From positions 4,808-68,807 of the forward strand of contig JAUQOS010000002.1 in assembly GCA_030550775.1 (NCBI GenBank): 64,000 bases of DNA. The letters are read 5' to 3'. A model generated the notes under the pieces. It was not told the origin of the DNA. It ran no database searches and saw only the letters and a program-made list of their open reading frames with translations. A program made the translations under genes and the position numbers. Within the stretch, counting starts at the first letter, position 1, and each line of letters starts with the position of its first letter. Origin of the DNA: Armatimonadota bacterium. Its GTDB lineage: Bacteria > Armatimonadota > Fimbriimonadia > Fimbriimonadales > GBS-DC. This document shows positions 28,168 through 36,559 of this stretch, in pieces.

Positions 28168-31104
28168 ATGCGAAGGATGTGGCGCTGGATTGGGATGTTG
28201 CTGATGTGGCAGGGCGTGTTTGCACAAACCATCACGCCCAACGATGTTGTACCGGGCGAGATTGTGATGCGACTCAAGCCCGGTCGCACGCTGGATACTG
28301 CGCGGGCGATCGCCAACCTCATCAATGCGGACGCCCACCCTATCCCCGTGCAGGATACCTACCTACTGCGCCTGCGCAATGTAGCGCAACTCACACGAGA
28401 AACTGCCTTCGAAAAAGTCCAAGAGTCGCTGAGACGCTTGGAGCAGCACCCCGACGTGTTATATGTCGATCCGAACTATCTTTTACGCAAACACGACATC
28501 CCCAATGACCCACTCTTCCCCGAGCAGTGGGCATTGGAGATGATGCGCCTGCCCGCTGCATGGGATGTGCAAAAAGGCGACCCGCGCATCCGCATGGCGT
28601 TCATCGACGATAACTTCCAGCGCTCTCATCCTGACCTGCGCAATGTGTTCGATGCCCTTTCGCGCAACTTCGTACCAGACACCCCCAATGATAACATTGA
28701 CCCTGAAGGTCCCGGCTTCTCACACGGCACCTCCACAGTGGGAGTGGCCGCGGCCATCACCGATAACGGAATAGGCATTGCCGGTTTGACTTGGCAGCGT
28801 GCTTTGCCTGATGATGCTCCCGCAAAACCTGTCGTGGCACTGAAAGTCGAAGCACGTCCCGACACAATCGGTTTAAACTTTGCCAACATCCTCAAAGCCT
28901 TACAGTATGTGATCGACAATGCCTCGCAGATTTTTGTTCTAAACATGAGCTTTGGCGGTTACGGTTTCTCTTCGCAGGCAAACGCCCTGATTCAGGAGAT
29001 CTATCGGCGAGGCGTAGTACCCGTTGCCTCCGCAGGCAACGAGAATACCGATATTCCCACTTACCCCGCGAACTACCCGAATGTGGTGAATGTATCGGCG
29101 GTAGGGCGTACGGGTGCACGCGCCTCCTACTCCAACTATGGCAACATCACCTTGGCTGCGCCCGGAGGCGACCAATCCACCGGATACTTCGATGGCGTGG
29201 TGACCACCTCCTCCACTGCACTTCAGTACGAATATGTTCAGGGAACTTCGTATGCGGCACCCTATGTTACTGCCGCAATTGCGCTGCTAATCGCTTCGGG
29301 AGTGCCTCGCCACACTGCGGATGCGGTGGAACCCGAGGCGGTGAGAATCCTAAAAGACACTGCTGACCCACGCGGGCGCCGCGTACCTGACCCTGAGCTT
29401 GGCTATGGGATTATTGATCTGGAGCAAGCCTTGCGAGGCGCAGGCGGAGTAAGCATCGCGTTCGTAGAGCCTGCTCCGGGAGCCACTTACGATACGCGCA
29501 AAGTGCGTGTGCGCGTGGCGCTGCGCCGCGTGTTAGACAATAACACTGCCAACATTCGCAGCATCAAGTTGAATGAGGAGCCACTGCCGCGCGATTTGTG
29601 GGAACCAACCGCTGAAATCAATGTTTCTGAGAAGACGATCACTCTAGACTTCGTCGTGGAAGTGCCAGGGGAAGACCGCTACACGATTACCGTGGAGGCG
29701 GTGGGGCAAGACCAAGTGCGCCGGGAGAGTTCGGTGCGGTGGTTTGTGCGCTCACGCGAGCAAGTAGCGGGCTTGGCGATGTTCTCCACGCCTTATCGCT
29801 TTGACGAGACCCCTGAGGAGATTTTCGGCGTAGATGCAATTTTGGCGCGCTACATCCCAAGTGAAGGCACCTACGCCCGCTATACAGCTGCCAATCGCGA
29901 TCCGCGCGCAGGCTTCAACCCGCCGAATGTGGGCGTGCGTCCTGATGGCAGCGATACGCCCACCCCGCCACGCGGGCTGGGTTACTTCCTGCGCAACGCC
30001 ACCCCCGCCCGCCTGCTAGGCGATGAGTTTATCGATCTCAACACCGCCTACCTCATCCCGCTGGAAGAAGGTTGGAACATGATCGGCAACCCGTTCCCGT
30101 TCAATGTGCCGTGGGCAGCGTGCGAGGTTGAAATCACAGGCTTGGGCGGGCAACGCCAACGCATCACCTTAGACGAAGCGGTGCGCCGCGAAATTATCCG
30201 CCCGCAAATCTACCGCTATATCCCGCTTACGGGCGAGTACACCTGGCGCACGGCACCGCTCGGTGAACTTATTGCATGGCAAGCGCACTGGGTTAGGGCA
30301 CTCAAACCGTGCGTACTGGTGGTGCCCCCTGTGGGAAGCTTGCGCAGCCGCGCTGACGACACAGCACGGGTTACGCCCGCCCCAACCGACGGCTGGCTAC
30401 TGCGCCTCGTCGCCCGTAGCGGCAACCGCGAAGACTCCAACAACTTTATTGGGGTTGTTAGCGGAACCGACACCAAGCTCAGCCTCGTGGAGAAACCACC
30501 GGCATTCCAGTCTTATGTCGCCCTTGCGATTGTGGAGCCACGCACACGAGCGGCGCTGGCGCAAGAAGTGCGCTCGGGCCTCAAGCGCGCCCACCGCTGG
30601 GAAATTGAGGTGACCACCGACCAGCCAAACGCCGAAGTGACGCTGCAGTGGAACCAAGAGCAGCCGATTCCACGAGGCGTTCGTCTCACGCTGGTTGATC
30701 AAGCCACGGGCGAGCGCGTCTCAATGCTGCAGCAAAGCTCATATCGGTTCCGCACTGACGAACACAGCCGTCGCCGATTCGTCATCGAGGCAGAACCTGC
30801 ACGCGCTAACCGCCTCCAAATCACAAATGTGACCATCACACCGTCACGGGGCGGGCAGTTCGCAGTGCAATACGCTCTTAGCGATACTGCCAGCGTGCAG
30901 GTGCTGGTACAAGACGCAACGGGCAAGACCATCGCGCGTCTACAAGGTGGTACACGCTCCGCGGGAGTGAACACTGCCACTTGGAACGGGCGTACTGATG
31001 CCGGCGTGGCGGTGCCGCCAGGGGCGTATCAACTCCAAATTATTGCAACCAGTGAAGATGGTGAGGTGGCGCGCGTAGTGCGCCCGCTGGTGGTGACGCG
31101 ATAA
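28168..31104 (+). CDS. Subtilisin-like S8 serine protease with the shared C-terminal module (operon gene C)
   Basis: 978 aa with a signal peptide and an inhibitor_I9-like propeptide. Catalytic-triad contexts: AFIDDNF (Asp), FSHGTSTVG (His), GTSYAAPYVTAA (Ser). GGGAGGAG SD upstream. Confidence 0.88.
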   Translation: MRRMWRWIGMLLMWQGVFAQTITPNDVVPGEIVMRLKPGRTLDTARAIANLINADAHPIPVQDTYLLRLRNVAQLTRETAFEKVQESLRRLEQHPDVLYVDPNYLLRKHDIPNDPLFPEQWALEMMRLPAAWDVQKGDPRIRMAFIDDNFQRSHPDLRNVFDALSRNFVPDTPNDNIDPEGPGFSHGTSTVGVAAAITDNGIGIAGLTWQRALPDDAPAKPVVALKVEARPDTIGLNFANILKALQYVIDNASQIFVLNMSFGGYGFSSQANALIQEIYRRGVVPVASAGNENTDIPTYPANYPNVVNVSAVGRTGARASYSNYGNITLAAPGGDQSTGYFDGVVTTSSTALQYEYVQGTSYAAPYVTAAIALLIASGVPRHTADAVEPEAVRILKDTADPRGRRVPDPELGYGIIDLEQALRGAGGVSIAFVEPAPGATYDTRKVRVRVALRRVLDNNTANIRSIKLNEEPLPRDLWEPTAEINVSEKTITLDFVVEVPGEDRYTITVEAVGQDQVRRESSVRWFVRSREQVAGLAMFSTPYRFDETPEEIFGVDAILARYIPSEGTYARYTAANRDPRAGFNPPNVGVRPDGSDTPTPPRGLGYFLRNATPARLLGDEFIDLNTAYLIPLEEGWNMIGNPFPFNVPWAACEVEITGLGGQRQRITLDEAVRREIIRPQIYRYIPLTGEYTWRTAPLGELIAWQAHWVRALKPCVLVVPPVGSLRSRADDTARVTPAPTDGWLLRLVARSGNREDSNNFIGVVSGTDTKLSLVEKPPAFQSYVALAIVEPRTRAALAQEVRSGLKRAHRWEIEVTTDQPNAEVTLQWNQEQPIPRGVRLTLVDQATGERVSMLQQSSYRFRTDEHSRRRFVIEAEPARANRLQITNVTITPSRGGQFAVQYALSDTASVQVLVQDATGKTIARLQGGTRSAGVNTATWNGRTDAGVAVPPGAYQLQIIATSEDGEVARVVRPLVVTR
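29764..31101 (+). other. Shared C-terminal module, copy 2 (in gene C)
   Basis: About 446 aa. Motifs: GWNMIGNPF (30070-30096), GWLLRLVARSGNREDSNNFIGVV, LTLVDQATGERVSMLQQSSYRFRT, ATWNGRTDAGVAVPPGAYQLQI..RPLVVTR. Confidence 0.8.
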
Positions 31105-31125
31105 CCCACAAGGAGGCAGTGAATT

Positions 31126-33819
31126 ATGAAGCGAGGAATTGTGCTTGGTTTGCTAACTATTCTGGTTGGGGCGTCGGCATTTGCCCAAATCAATGAATAC
31201 GATCCGTTTGCGGGTCCATGCCGCTGCCCCGACAGCCAAAACCCCGTGAGCGATGACTATCGCGCGATTGTAATTGATAATGGGGTGCTTGGTGCCACTT
31301 TAGGCTTGAGCGGCACGGTAACTTGGCTGACGGCATGCTTCCCATTAGAGAATGCGCGCTGCACCACACGCCCCGCTGAGGGAAGCATTCAAATCGGTAC
31401 TGCAGAGGGTAGCTCACTCATCACTGGCGATGAAGGCTACGCAATGACCTCGGGCTACCCGTGGGCGGTCTACCCGGGTGGGATATATATCTCGATGCGA
31501 GCCCGTCGCGAGGGACAGGAGCAAACCTTCGTATGGGGGCGACAGGACGGTGCGCCAGGACTGCGTTTCTCGCAAGCCTGGCAGGGTGCTAGTGGTTACT
31601 ACATTCGCCGCATCTGGAATGTGGAAGGCTGGGATACCGACCTACGGATTGACCTTATTCAGTCGGTGGCGCGCATCAGTCTACGCGTGCGCAACACCGG
31701 CGACACCGCTGCCTCGCTTGCCCTGCGCCTTGCCTCAGACGTGGAAACGGGCGTGGAAGCGGGATTCGATCCTAACGGCGCCTCGCGCCCTCCCTACATC
31801 TATGTGCAGGGACAACGCCCCGTCAAAGTTGACACCGACCTGCGTGGGGCACAAATCCCAAACACCATCGAGTTCTATTTGGCGCGCGGTGCACTGGCAG
31901 GCTCCAGCCGCTACTTCCTGCGCCCCGTCAAGGGCTTCGAAGATCAGACCCCCATCGACCGACTGGTGATCGGGAAGTGGTTCTTCATTCAAGGCACTAC
32001 CATCTGGGAACCAGTGCTTTTCCCCGACTCGTATATCACTGACACGGCTATCAACATGTTTGTAAACCCACGCAACTTCGCCCCAGGGCAAGTGCGCGAG
32101 TTCGTGTTCTACATTGCGCTAACCCCTGTCGACGTGGATGTACAGCCCCCTGTGGCACTGGGCGTGGAAGCACTGCCCGTAATCGAACCCGACCGTAGCG
32201 ACCTAACCAAGCTGGCAAACGAAGGCGAATTCGAAATCGTCGCCAATATCACGAACCAATTCTTCATCGTTGGGCGCGAGATTGACCTTACGAATGTGGC
32301 TGTGGACCTCGCCCTGCCAGAAGGCGTGACGCTGGCACCCGGACAAACGCGCTCACAAGTTATTCCACGAATCGCCCCGGGACAAACTGTTCCTGTGCGC
32401 TGGCGAGTACGTGCCTCGCCCACCCTATCGGGCTTTGTGACCTTCCGCGTGGCTGTGCAAGCACCTCCGGCACCGACAAAGACCGTTTCGCGCACGATAC
32501 TCGTATCTGCCACCGCCACTCGCAAGTTCGAGTCGGGGTTCCAGATGGTATCCATTCCGTTCACCGTCACGGGCACGATAAGCGAAGTGCTGAACCTGCC
32601 CACAAACTATCAGGCAAAGCGTTGGAACCCCGAACGCGAGGTTTACGAAACCATAGACTTCATTGAGCCGGGTCAAGGTTTTTGGGTGTTCTTGCCGCGC
32701 GAGCCGCTGGTGGCACAATATAACACAAGCTTCCTACAGTTCCCAGCGAATGTGTTTACGACCAGCGTGCCCATCCCGCTGAAACGCGGCTGGAATCAGA
32801 TTGGCAACCCATACCCATACCCGCTGGTGCTGGGGCAGGTGGTTATCGTTAGCTCCAGCGACCCACGTCGTAGCCTTACCTTCTTTGAGGCAGCCCAGCG
32901 CGGTGTGATTCGCGGCGTTATCTACTTCTGGGACGAGTTCACAGGCGAGTACAAGTTCACCTCCGACCCGAACACGCCGCTGCTGCCGCACCGCGGCTAC
33001 TGGATTCGCGCCAACGAGGATATCGAATTCGTCTATCCGCCTGTGTTCTTGCCGGGTACAGGCTTTGGCGGCGTGGTGCGCAGCATGCCAGAGCTGCCCA
33101 ACCGCCCCAACGAGTGGCGGCTGCAGATTGTGGCACGCACGGCAAACGGCGCTGACACGCAAAACTTCATCGGCATTACCAGCGGCGCCCCCATCGAAGT
33201 GGAAGAACCACCCACCCCGCTGCCAGAGCGCGCAGTGAACCTCACCATTCTCAAGCAGGGCACAGGCGCGCCGCTGATGCAGGAGGTGCGCACCGTCGCG
33301 AACCGCCACCAGTTCGACTTGCTGGTAGAAGCGACCCCCGGCACCGAAGTCACGCTGAGCTTCCCGAACCTGGCGACCGTGCCTCAGGCATACCGCCTGC
33401 GCCTGGTTGACCTCAACACGGGGCGCGCCATAGACCTACGCACCACACCGGAGTACCGATTCGTCACCACTGGGCGCACACGGCTACAACTGGTGGTGGA
33501 ACGCGCAACGCGCGCAGGCGCGCTGATTACCAGCGTAAGCGTGGGCACGGCGGGGCGCGGAGCCAACAGCGTGTCTATCAGCTATGTGCTGGCGGATAGC
33601 GCACAAACCAGCGTGCAAATCCTTACACCTGATGGGCGTGCCATCGCCAACCTGCAGCGCGGACGCGCCGCCACTCGCGGTGTAAACACGCTCACTTGGA
33701 ACTTGCGCGATGATCAAGGACGCGCTGTGCCTCCGGGCACCTACCAAGTGCAAGTAGAAGCCCGCACCGAGGATGGGCAAGTAGCGCGCGCAGTGCGTCC
33801 GCTGGTCATCACACGCTAA
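31126..33819 (+). CDS. Secreted hypothetical protein with the shared C-terminal module (operon gene D)
   Basis: 897 aa with a signal peptide (LLTILVGASAFAQ). AAGGAGG SD upstream. I do not recognise the N-terminal ~470 aa. Confidence 0.75.
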   Translation: MKRGIVLGLLTILVGASAFAQINEYDPFAGPCRCPDSQNPVSDDYRAIVIDNGVLGATLGLSGTVTWLTACFPLENARCTTRPAEGSIQIGTAEGSSLITGDEGYAMTSGYPWAVYPGGIYISMRARREGQEQTFVWGRQDGAPGLRFSQAWQGASGYYIRRIWNVEGWDTDLRIDLIQSVARISLRVRNTGDTAASLALRLASDVETGVEAGFDPNGASRPPYIYVQGQRPVKVDTDLRGAQIPNTIEFYLARGALAGSSRYFLRPVKGFEDQTPIDRLVIGKWFFIQGTTIWEPVLFPDSYITDTAINMFVNPRNFAPGQVREFVFYIALTPVDVDVQPPVALGVEALPVIEPDRSDLTKLANEGEFEIVANITNQFFIVGREIDLTNVAVDLALPEGVTLAPGQTRSQVIPRIAPGQTVPVRWRVRASPTLSGFVTFRVAVQAPPAPTKTVSRTILVSATATRKFESGFQMVSIPFTVTGTISEVLNLPTNYQAKRWNPEREVYETIDFIEPGQGFWVFLPREPLVAQYNTSFLQFPANVFTTSVPIPLKRGWNQIGNPYPYPLVLGQVVIVSSSDPRRSLTFFEAAQRGVIRGVIYFWDEFTGEYKFTSDPNTPLLPHRGYWIRANEDIEFVYPPVFLPGTGFGGVVRSMPELPNRPNEWRLQIVARTANGADTQNFIGITSGAPIEVEEPPTPLPERAVNLTILKQGTGAPLMQEVRTVANRHQFDLLVEATPGTEVTLSFPNLATVPQAYRLRLVDLNTGRAIDLRTTPEYRFVTTGRTRLQLVVERATRAGALITSVSVGTAGRGANSVSISYVLADSAQTSVQILTPDGRAIANLQRGRAATRGVNTLTWNLRDDQGRAVPPGTYQVQVEARTEDGQVARAVRPLVITR
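32539..33816 (+). other. Shared C-terminal module, copy 3 (in gene D)
   Basis: About 426 aa. Motifs: GWNQIGNPY (32788-32814), EWRLQIVARTANGADTQNFIGIT, LRLVDLNTGRAIDLRTTPEYRFVT, LTWNLRDDQGRAVPPGTYQVQV..RPLVITR. Confidence 0.8.
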
Positions 33820-33828
33820 AACCAACTT

Positions 33829-33851
33829 GGGGCTGGCAGGACGCCAGCCCC
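33829..33851 (+). promoter_or_regulatory. Intra-operon GC-rich hairpin between genes D and E
   Basis: GGGGCTGGC-AGGAC-GCCAGCCCC, a perfect 9-bp stem followed by TCCTAT and the SD of gene E. Confidence 0.4.
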
Positions 33852-33872
33852 TCCTATAAGGAGGACAAAGCT

Positions 33873-34565
33873 GTGAAACGGATTGGAGTGCTGCTGGTCG
33901 CCCTATTGTTGGCTCAGGGCTTTGCGAGCCAAGTGCGCGAGCTGGTACTGTTCCCGTTTGCCGAAGGCGCCGCCGTACAGCCCACAGAGGAGTTCAATGT
34001 GGGCGTGGAAATGCTCAACGCGCTTTACGCGCAGCTGAAAGAGATACCTAACCTCTATGTAGTGCGCTATCGCGAAACGAACCCATCGATTCAGCGCGCT
34101 TTGGAAGAAAATCGCTTACGCCGCGACCGGCTAACCCCACCATTTAACCAGCGCGAGGCGGACGGCACTTGGCGCGCAGCACGCATCGGTGCCGTAATGG
34201 GAGCAAACCTCGCCTTCGCTGGGCGCATCGAGGAGTTCAGCTACAACCCCGAAACCCGCGAGGTCACGCTCACAGTTAGCGGCGAACTAATCGATGTCGC
34301 CACGAACGAGGTGCTCCTCACGGTCGCAGAGACGGGGCGTGGGCAGTTAGGTCGGGACGAAACCGATCCGAACCTCGCGCGCATCGCGGCCGTTGCGCAA
34401 GTGGCAGAGCGCATCAGCATAGCGATGCGCGAGCGGTTGGCACCTGCTGCGGAACAACCCATCAAAGCCGAACCGCGCAAACAGCCCGATCGCCGACGCG
34501 AACGCGCAATCGCCTCAATCTTTGTGGTCGTGATAGGAGCCATTCTCGGGGCATCAGATTTGTAA
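33873..34565 (+). CDS. Small secreted alpha/beta protein with a C-terminal TM anchor, paralogous to the N-domain of gene B (operon gene E)
   Basis: 230 aa. GTG start after AAGGAGG. Signal peptide. LVLFPFAEG..AFAGRIEEFSYNP..VTLTVSGELIDVATNE parallels the IAVLDFEN..ITGEVNAVTF..ITVRVIDVASGE pattern of gene B. C-terminal AIASIFVVVIGAILGA. Confidence 0.68.
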   Translation: MKRIGVLLVALLLAQGFASQVRELVLFPFAEGAAVQPTEEFNVGVEMLNALYAQLKEIPNLYVVRYRETNPSIQRALEENRLRRDRLTPPFNQREADGTWRAARIGAVMGANLAFAGRIEEFSYNPETREVTLTVSGELIDVATNEVLLTVAETGRGQLGRDETDPNLARIAAVAQVAERISIAMRERLAPAAEQPIKAEPRKQPDRRRERAIASIFVVVIGAILGASDL

Positions 34566-34570
34566 AGCAT

Positions 34571-36511
34571 ATGAGGCGATATGCACCGCTGGCTCGCGCA
34601 CTAGGGGCAGGGGGACTAATGTTCCTCTGCCTTTGCGTTAGCTGGGCAGGGGGCGCGATTCGGCTCACCGTGTACCCTAACGCTGCCGTCGCCGACGGTG
34701 CTTCGCAGGTGCTCATCACCGCCGAAGTGCGCACCGCGCAAGGCAAGCCCGTGCCCGACGGTACCCAGGTTGCTTTCAACACCACCTTAGGCGCGTTTCG
34801 CGAGCCCGTAGTTGCTACCGAAGGCGGTGTCGCGCGCGCAACCCTCATCGCCGGACAGCTGCCCGGCGTTGCCAACATTACTGCCACCGTCATCGGGCAG
34901 GGCATCGTGGGTGAAACCCAAGTGCTGTTTGTGGCAACCCCAGAAGAACTGCGCAGTGCGACCGACTATGTACAGGTGCTGGGGAGCGAGTATCTCGCCT
35001 ACGCAAACGAGCAGCGCGTTATCGCAGCGTCAGGCAGAGAGCGGGGCGCGCGCGTGCAGTTCGGCTACGCCATCGTAGAAGCAGACGACCTGCAGGTGGA
35101 AGTTGACACCCTCCGCGTGAAGGCCCGCCACGCGCTCTTGCGAGTCGGCTCCGAGACGCTGGAATGCGCCGAACTAAGCTACGAGTTGCGCACCTCACAG
35201 GGCTACGCCCTGCTGCAACGCGCTAACCGTTGGGAGCTGGTGCGCTTGCGCTACGCCACCCCTGAACCGATTGACACGCCCGCACCACCCGAACTGTTCC
35301 GCTTCGTTGACATCTCCGAATCGGAACTGGTCATCAAAGCCGCACAAATCTGGTTTTATCCAAATGAACGGATCCAGTTCCATCGCGCAGAGTTCTACAT
35401 TGGGGCGGTTCGAGCGTTTGGTTTGCCGTTGTATTCGCACAGCATCTGGGGAGCAGGCGTCGGCACCGACACGCTGATTGGGGTGCAAGGCGGGCAAGTG
35501 TATTTAGACCTGCCGTACTACTACACGCTTACCCCCACGCAGATCGGCGCGTTGCGCTTGCGCACCGCACAAGTGGGTGGGCGCACGGTGAGCGCAGCGC
35601 GCGGACTGTTTGTGGACTTGGAGCACGAGTATCGTTTTGGGCTAGGCACAGGCGCAGTTCGTCTGCTGGGGCTGGCGCGCAATGACTGGGGCATCAACTG
35701 GCGACATCAGCAGCCCCTCTCGCCCCGCACGCGCCTCTCGCTGTGGCTCGACTCGCCCGCTCATCAAGGGTTGTACAGCACGGCGCAACTGCTCTCGCAG
35801 TTTCGCGACTATTCCATAGGTATCTCGGTCGCTCACAGCACTTTTTGGGAAGGCACGGGCACACGCAGCCTTCGTACAGACACATACATAGAGACGACAC
35901 CGCGCCGCATCGCGCCCTTACCACTGCGTCAAAGCCTCTCGCTGAGCCTTGTTACGAGCCATACGCAAACGACCACAGGCACGCAGCGTCGCGAAGGCGT
36001 GGGAGTACGGGCACGCTGGAGCTTGGTGCCACAATCGCTGGGGCAAGCAACCACGCTCACGGGGGGCATCACGGTAGGGCGGTACGCGGGCAACTTGCCC
36101 AACGCGGGCTGGAGCGTGGTCGGCACGGTAGGCATCACACAAGCACTCGGAGCAGGGGGTGCACTCAATCTCGCCTACGATTATGCCCAAGATGCGCTGG
36201 GCGCAAACCTGCTGGGACGCCACCGCTTGTCAGGCACCCTCAGTTGGAACAATAATGACCGCTATTTCCTCAGCGGCTATCTCAGCCGTGCGTTAGACAC
36301 AAAATCTGTCAGTTATATCAGCGACTTTTCGTGGCGAGTCAGCCCCTTATGGCGTATTGGGGCGGGGTATACTTGGCAAGCGTTCGGCAACTACGAGTTT
36401 CGAGACCAAACGCTCACGCTCGCGTACCGCATCGGCTATCGCGAGTTTGCGCTTACCTGGTCTTCGAACACGCGGCGATGGAGCCTTGACTTGCTGACGG
36501 CATTTTATTGA
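34571..36511 (+). CDS. Outer-membrane protein: Big_1 Ig-like domain, OstA/LptD-like region and beta-barrel (operon gene F)
   Basis: 646 aa, starting 5 nt after gene E. VYPNAAVADGASQVLITAEVRTAQGKPVPDGTQVAFNT is a Big_1 (invasin/intimin-type) pattern. YLDLPYYYTLTPTQ resembles the LPYYWNIAP segment of LptD. Alternating-hydrophobic strands end in ..LLTAFY (aromatic OMP terminus). Confidence 0.7.
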   Translation: MRRYAPLARALGAGGLMFLCLCVSWAGGAIRLTVYPNAAVADGASQVLITAEVRTAQGKPVPDGTQVAFNTTLGAFREPVVATEGGVARATLIAGQLPGVANITATVIGQGIVGETQVLFVATPEELRSATDYVQVLGSEYLAYANEQRVIAASGRERGARVQFGYAIVEADDLQVEVDTLRVKARHALLRVGSETLECAELSYELRTSQGYALLQRANRWELVRLRYATPEPIDTPAPPELFRFVDISESELVIKAAQIWFYPNERIQFHRAEFYIGAVRAFGLPLYSHSIWGAGVGTDTLIGVQGGQVYLDLPYYYTLTPTQIGALRLRTAQVGGRTVSAARGLFVDLEHEYRFGLGTGAVRLLGLARNDWGINWRHQQPLSPRTRLSLWLDSPAHQGLYSTAQLLSQFRDYSIGISVAHSTFWEGTGTRSLRTDTYIETTPRRIAPLPLRQSLSLSLVTSHTQTTTGTQRREGVGVRARWSLVPQSLGQATTLTGGITVGRYAGNLPNAGWSVVGTVGITQALGAGGALNLAYDYAQDALGANLLGRHRLSGTLSWNNNDRYFLSGYLSRALDTKSVSYISDFSWRVSPLWRIGAGYTWQAFGNYEFRDQTLTLAYRIGYREFALTWSSNTRRWSLDLLTAFY

Positions 36512-36559
36512 TGCCTTGCACTGAGGCAGGCGACACAAACTGGGCAAAGGAGGTCAGGG

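Noticed and set aside
20767-36511. Interpretation of the envelope operon as a horizontally acquired island or a mobile element cargo.
   Set aside because: There is no integrase, transposase, tRNA target or flanking direct repeats. I see no obvious compositional break against the neighbouring housekeeping genes, and SD and codon style match the rest of the window.
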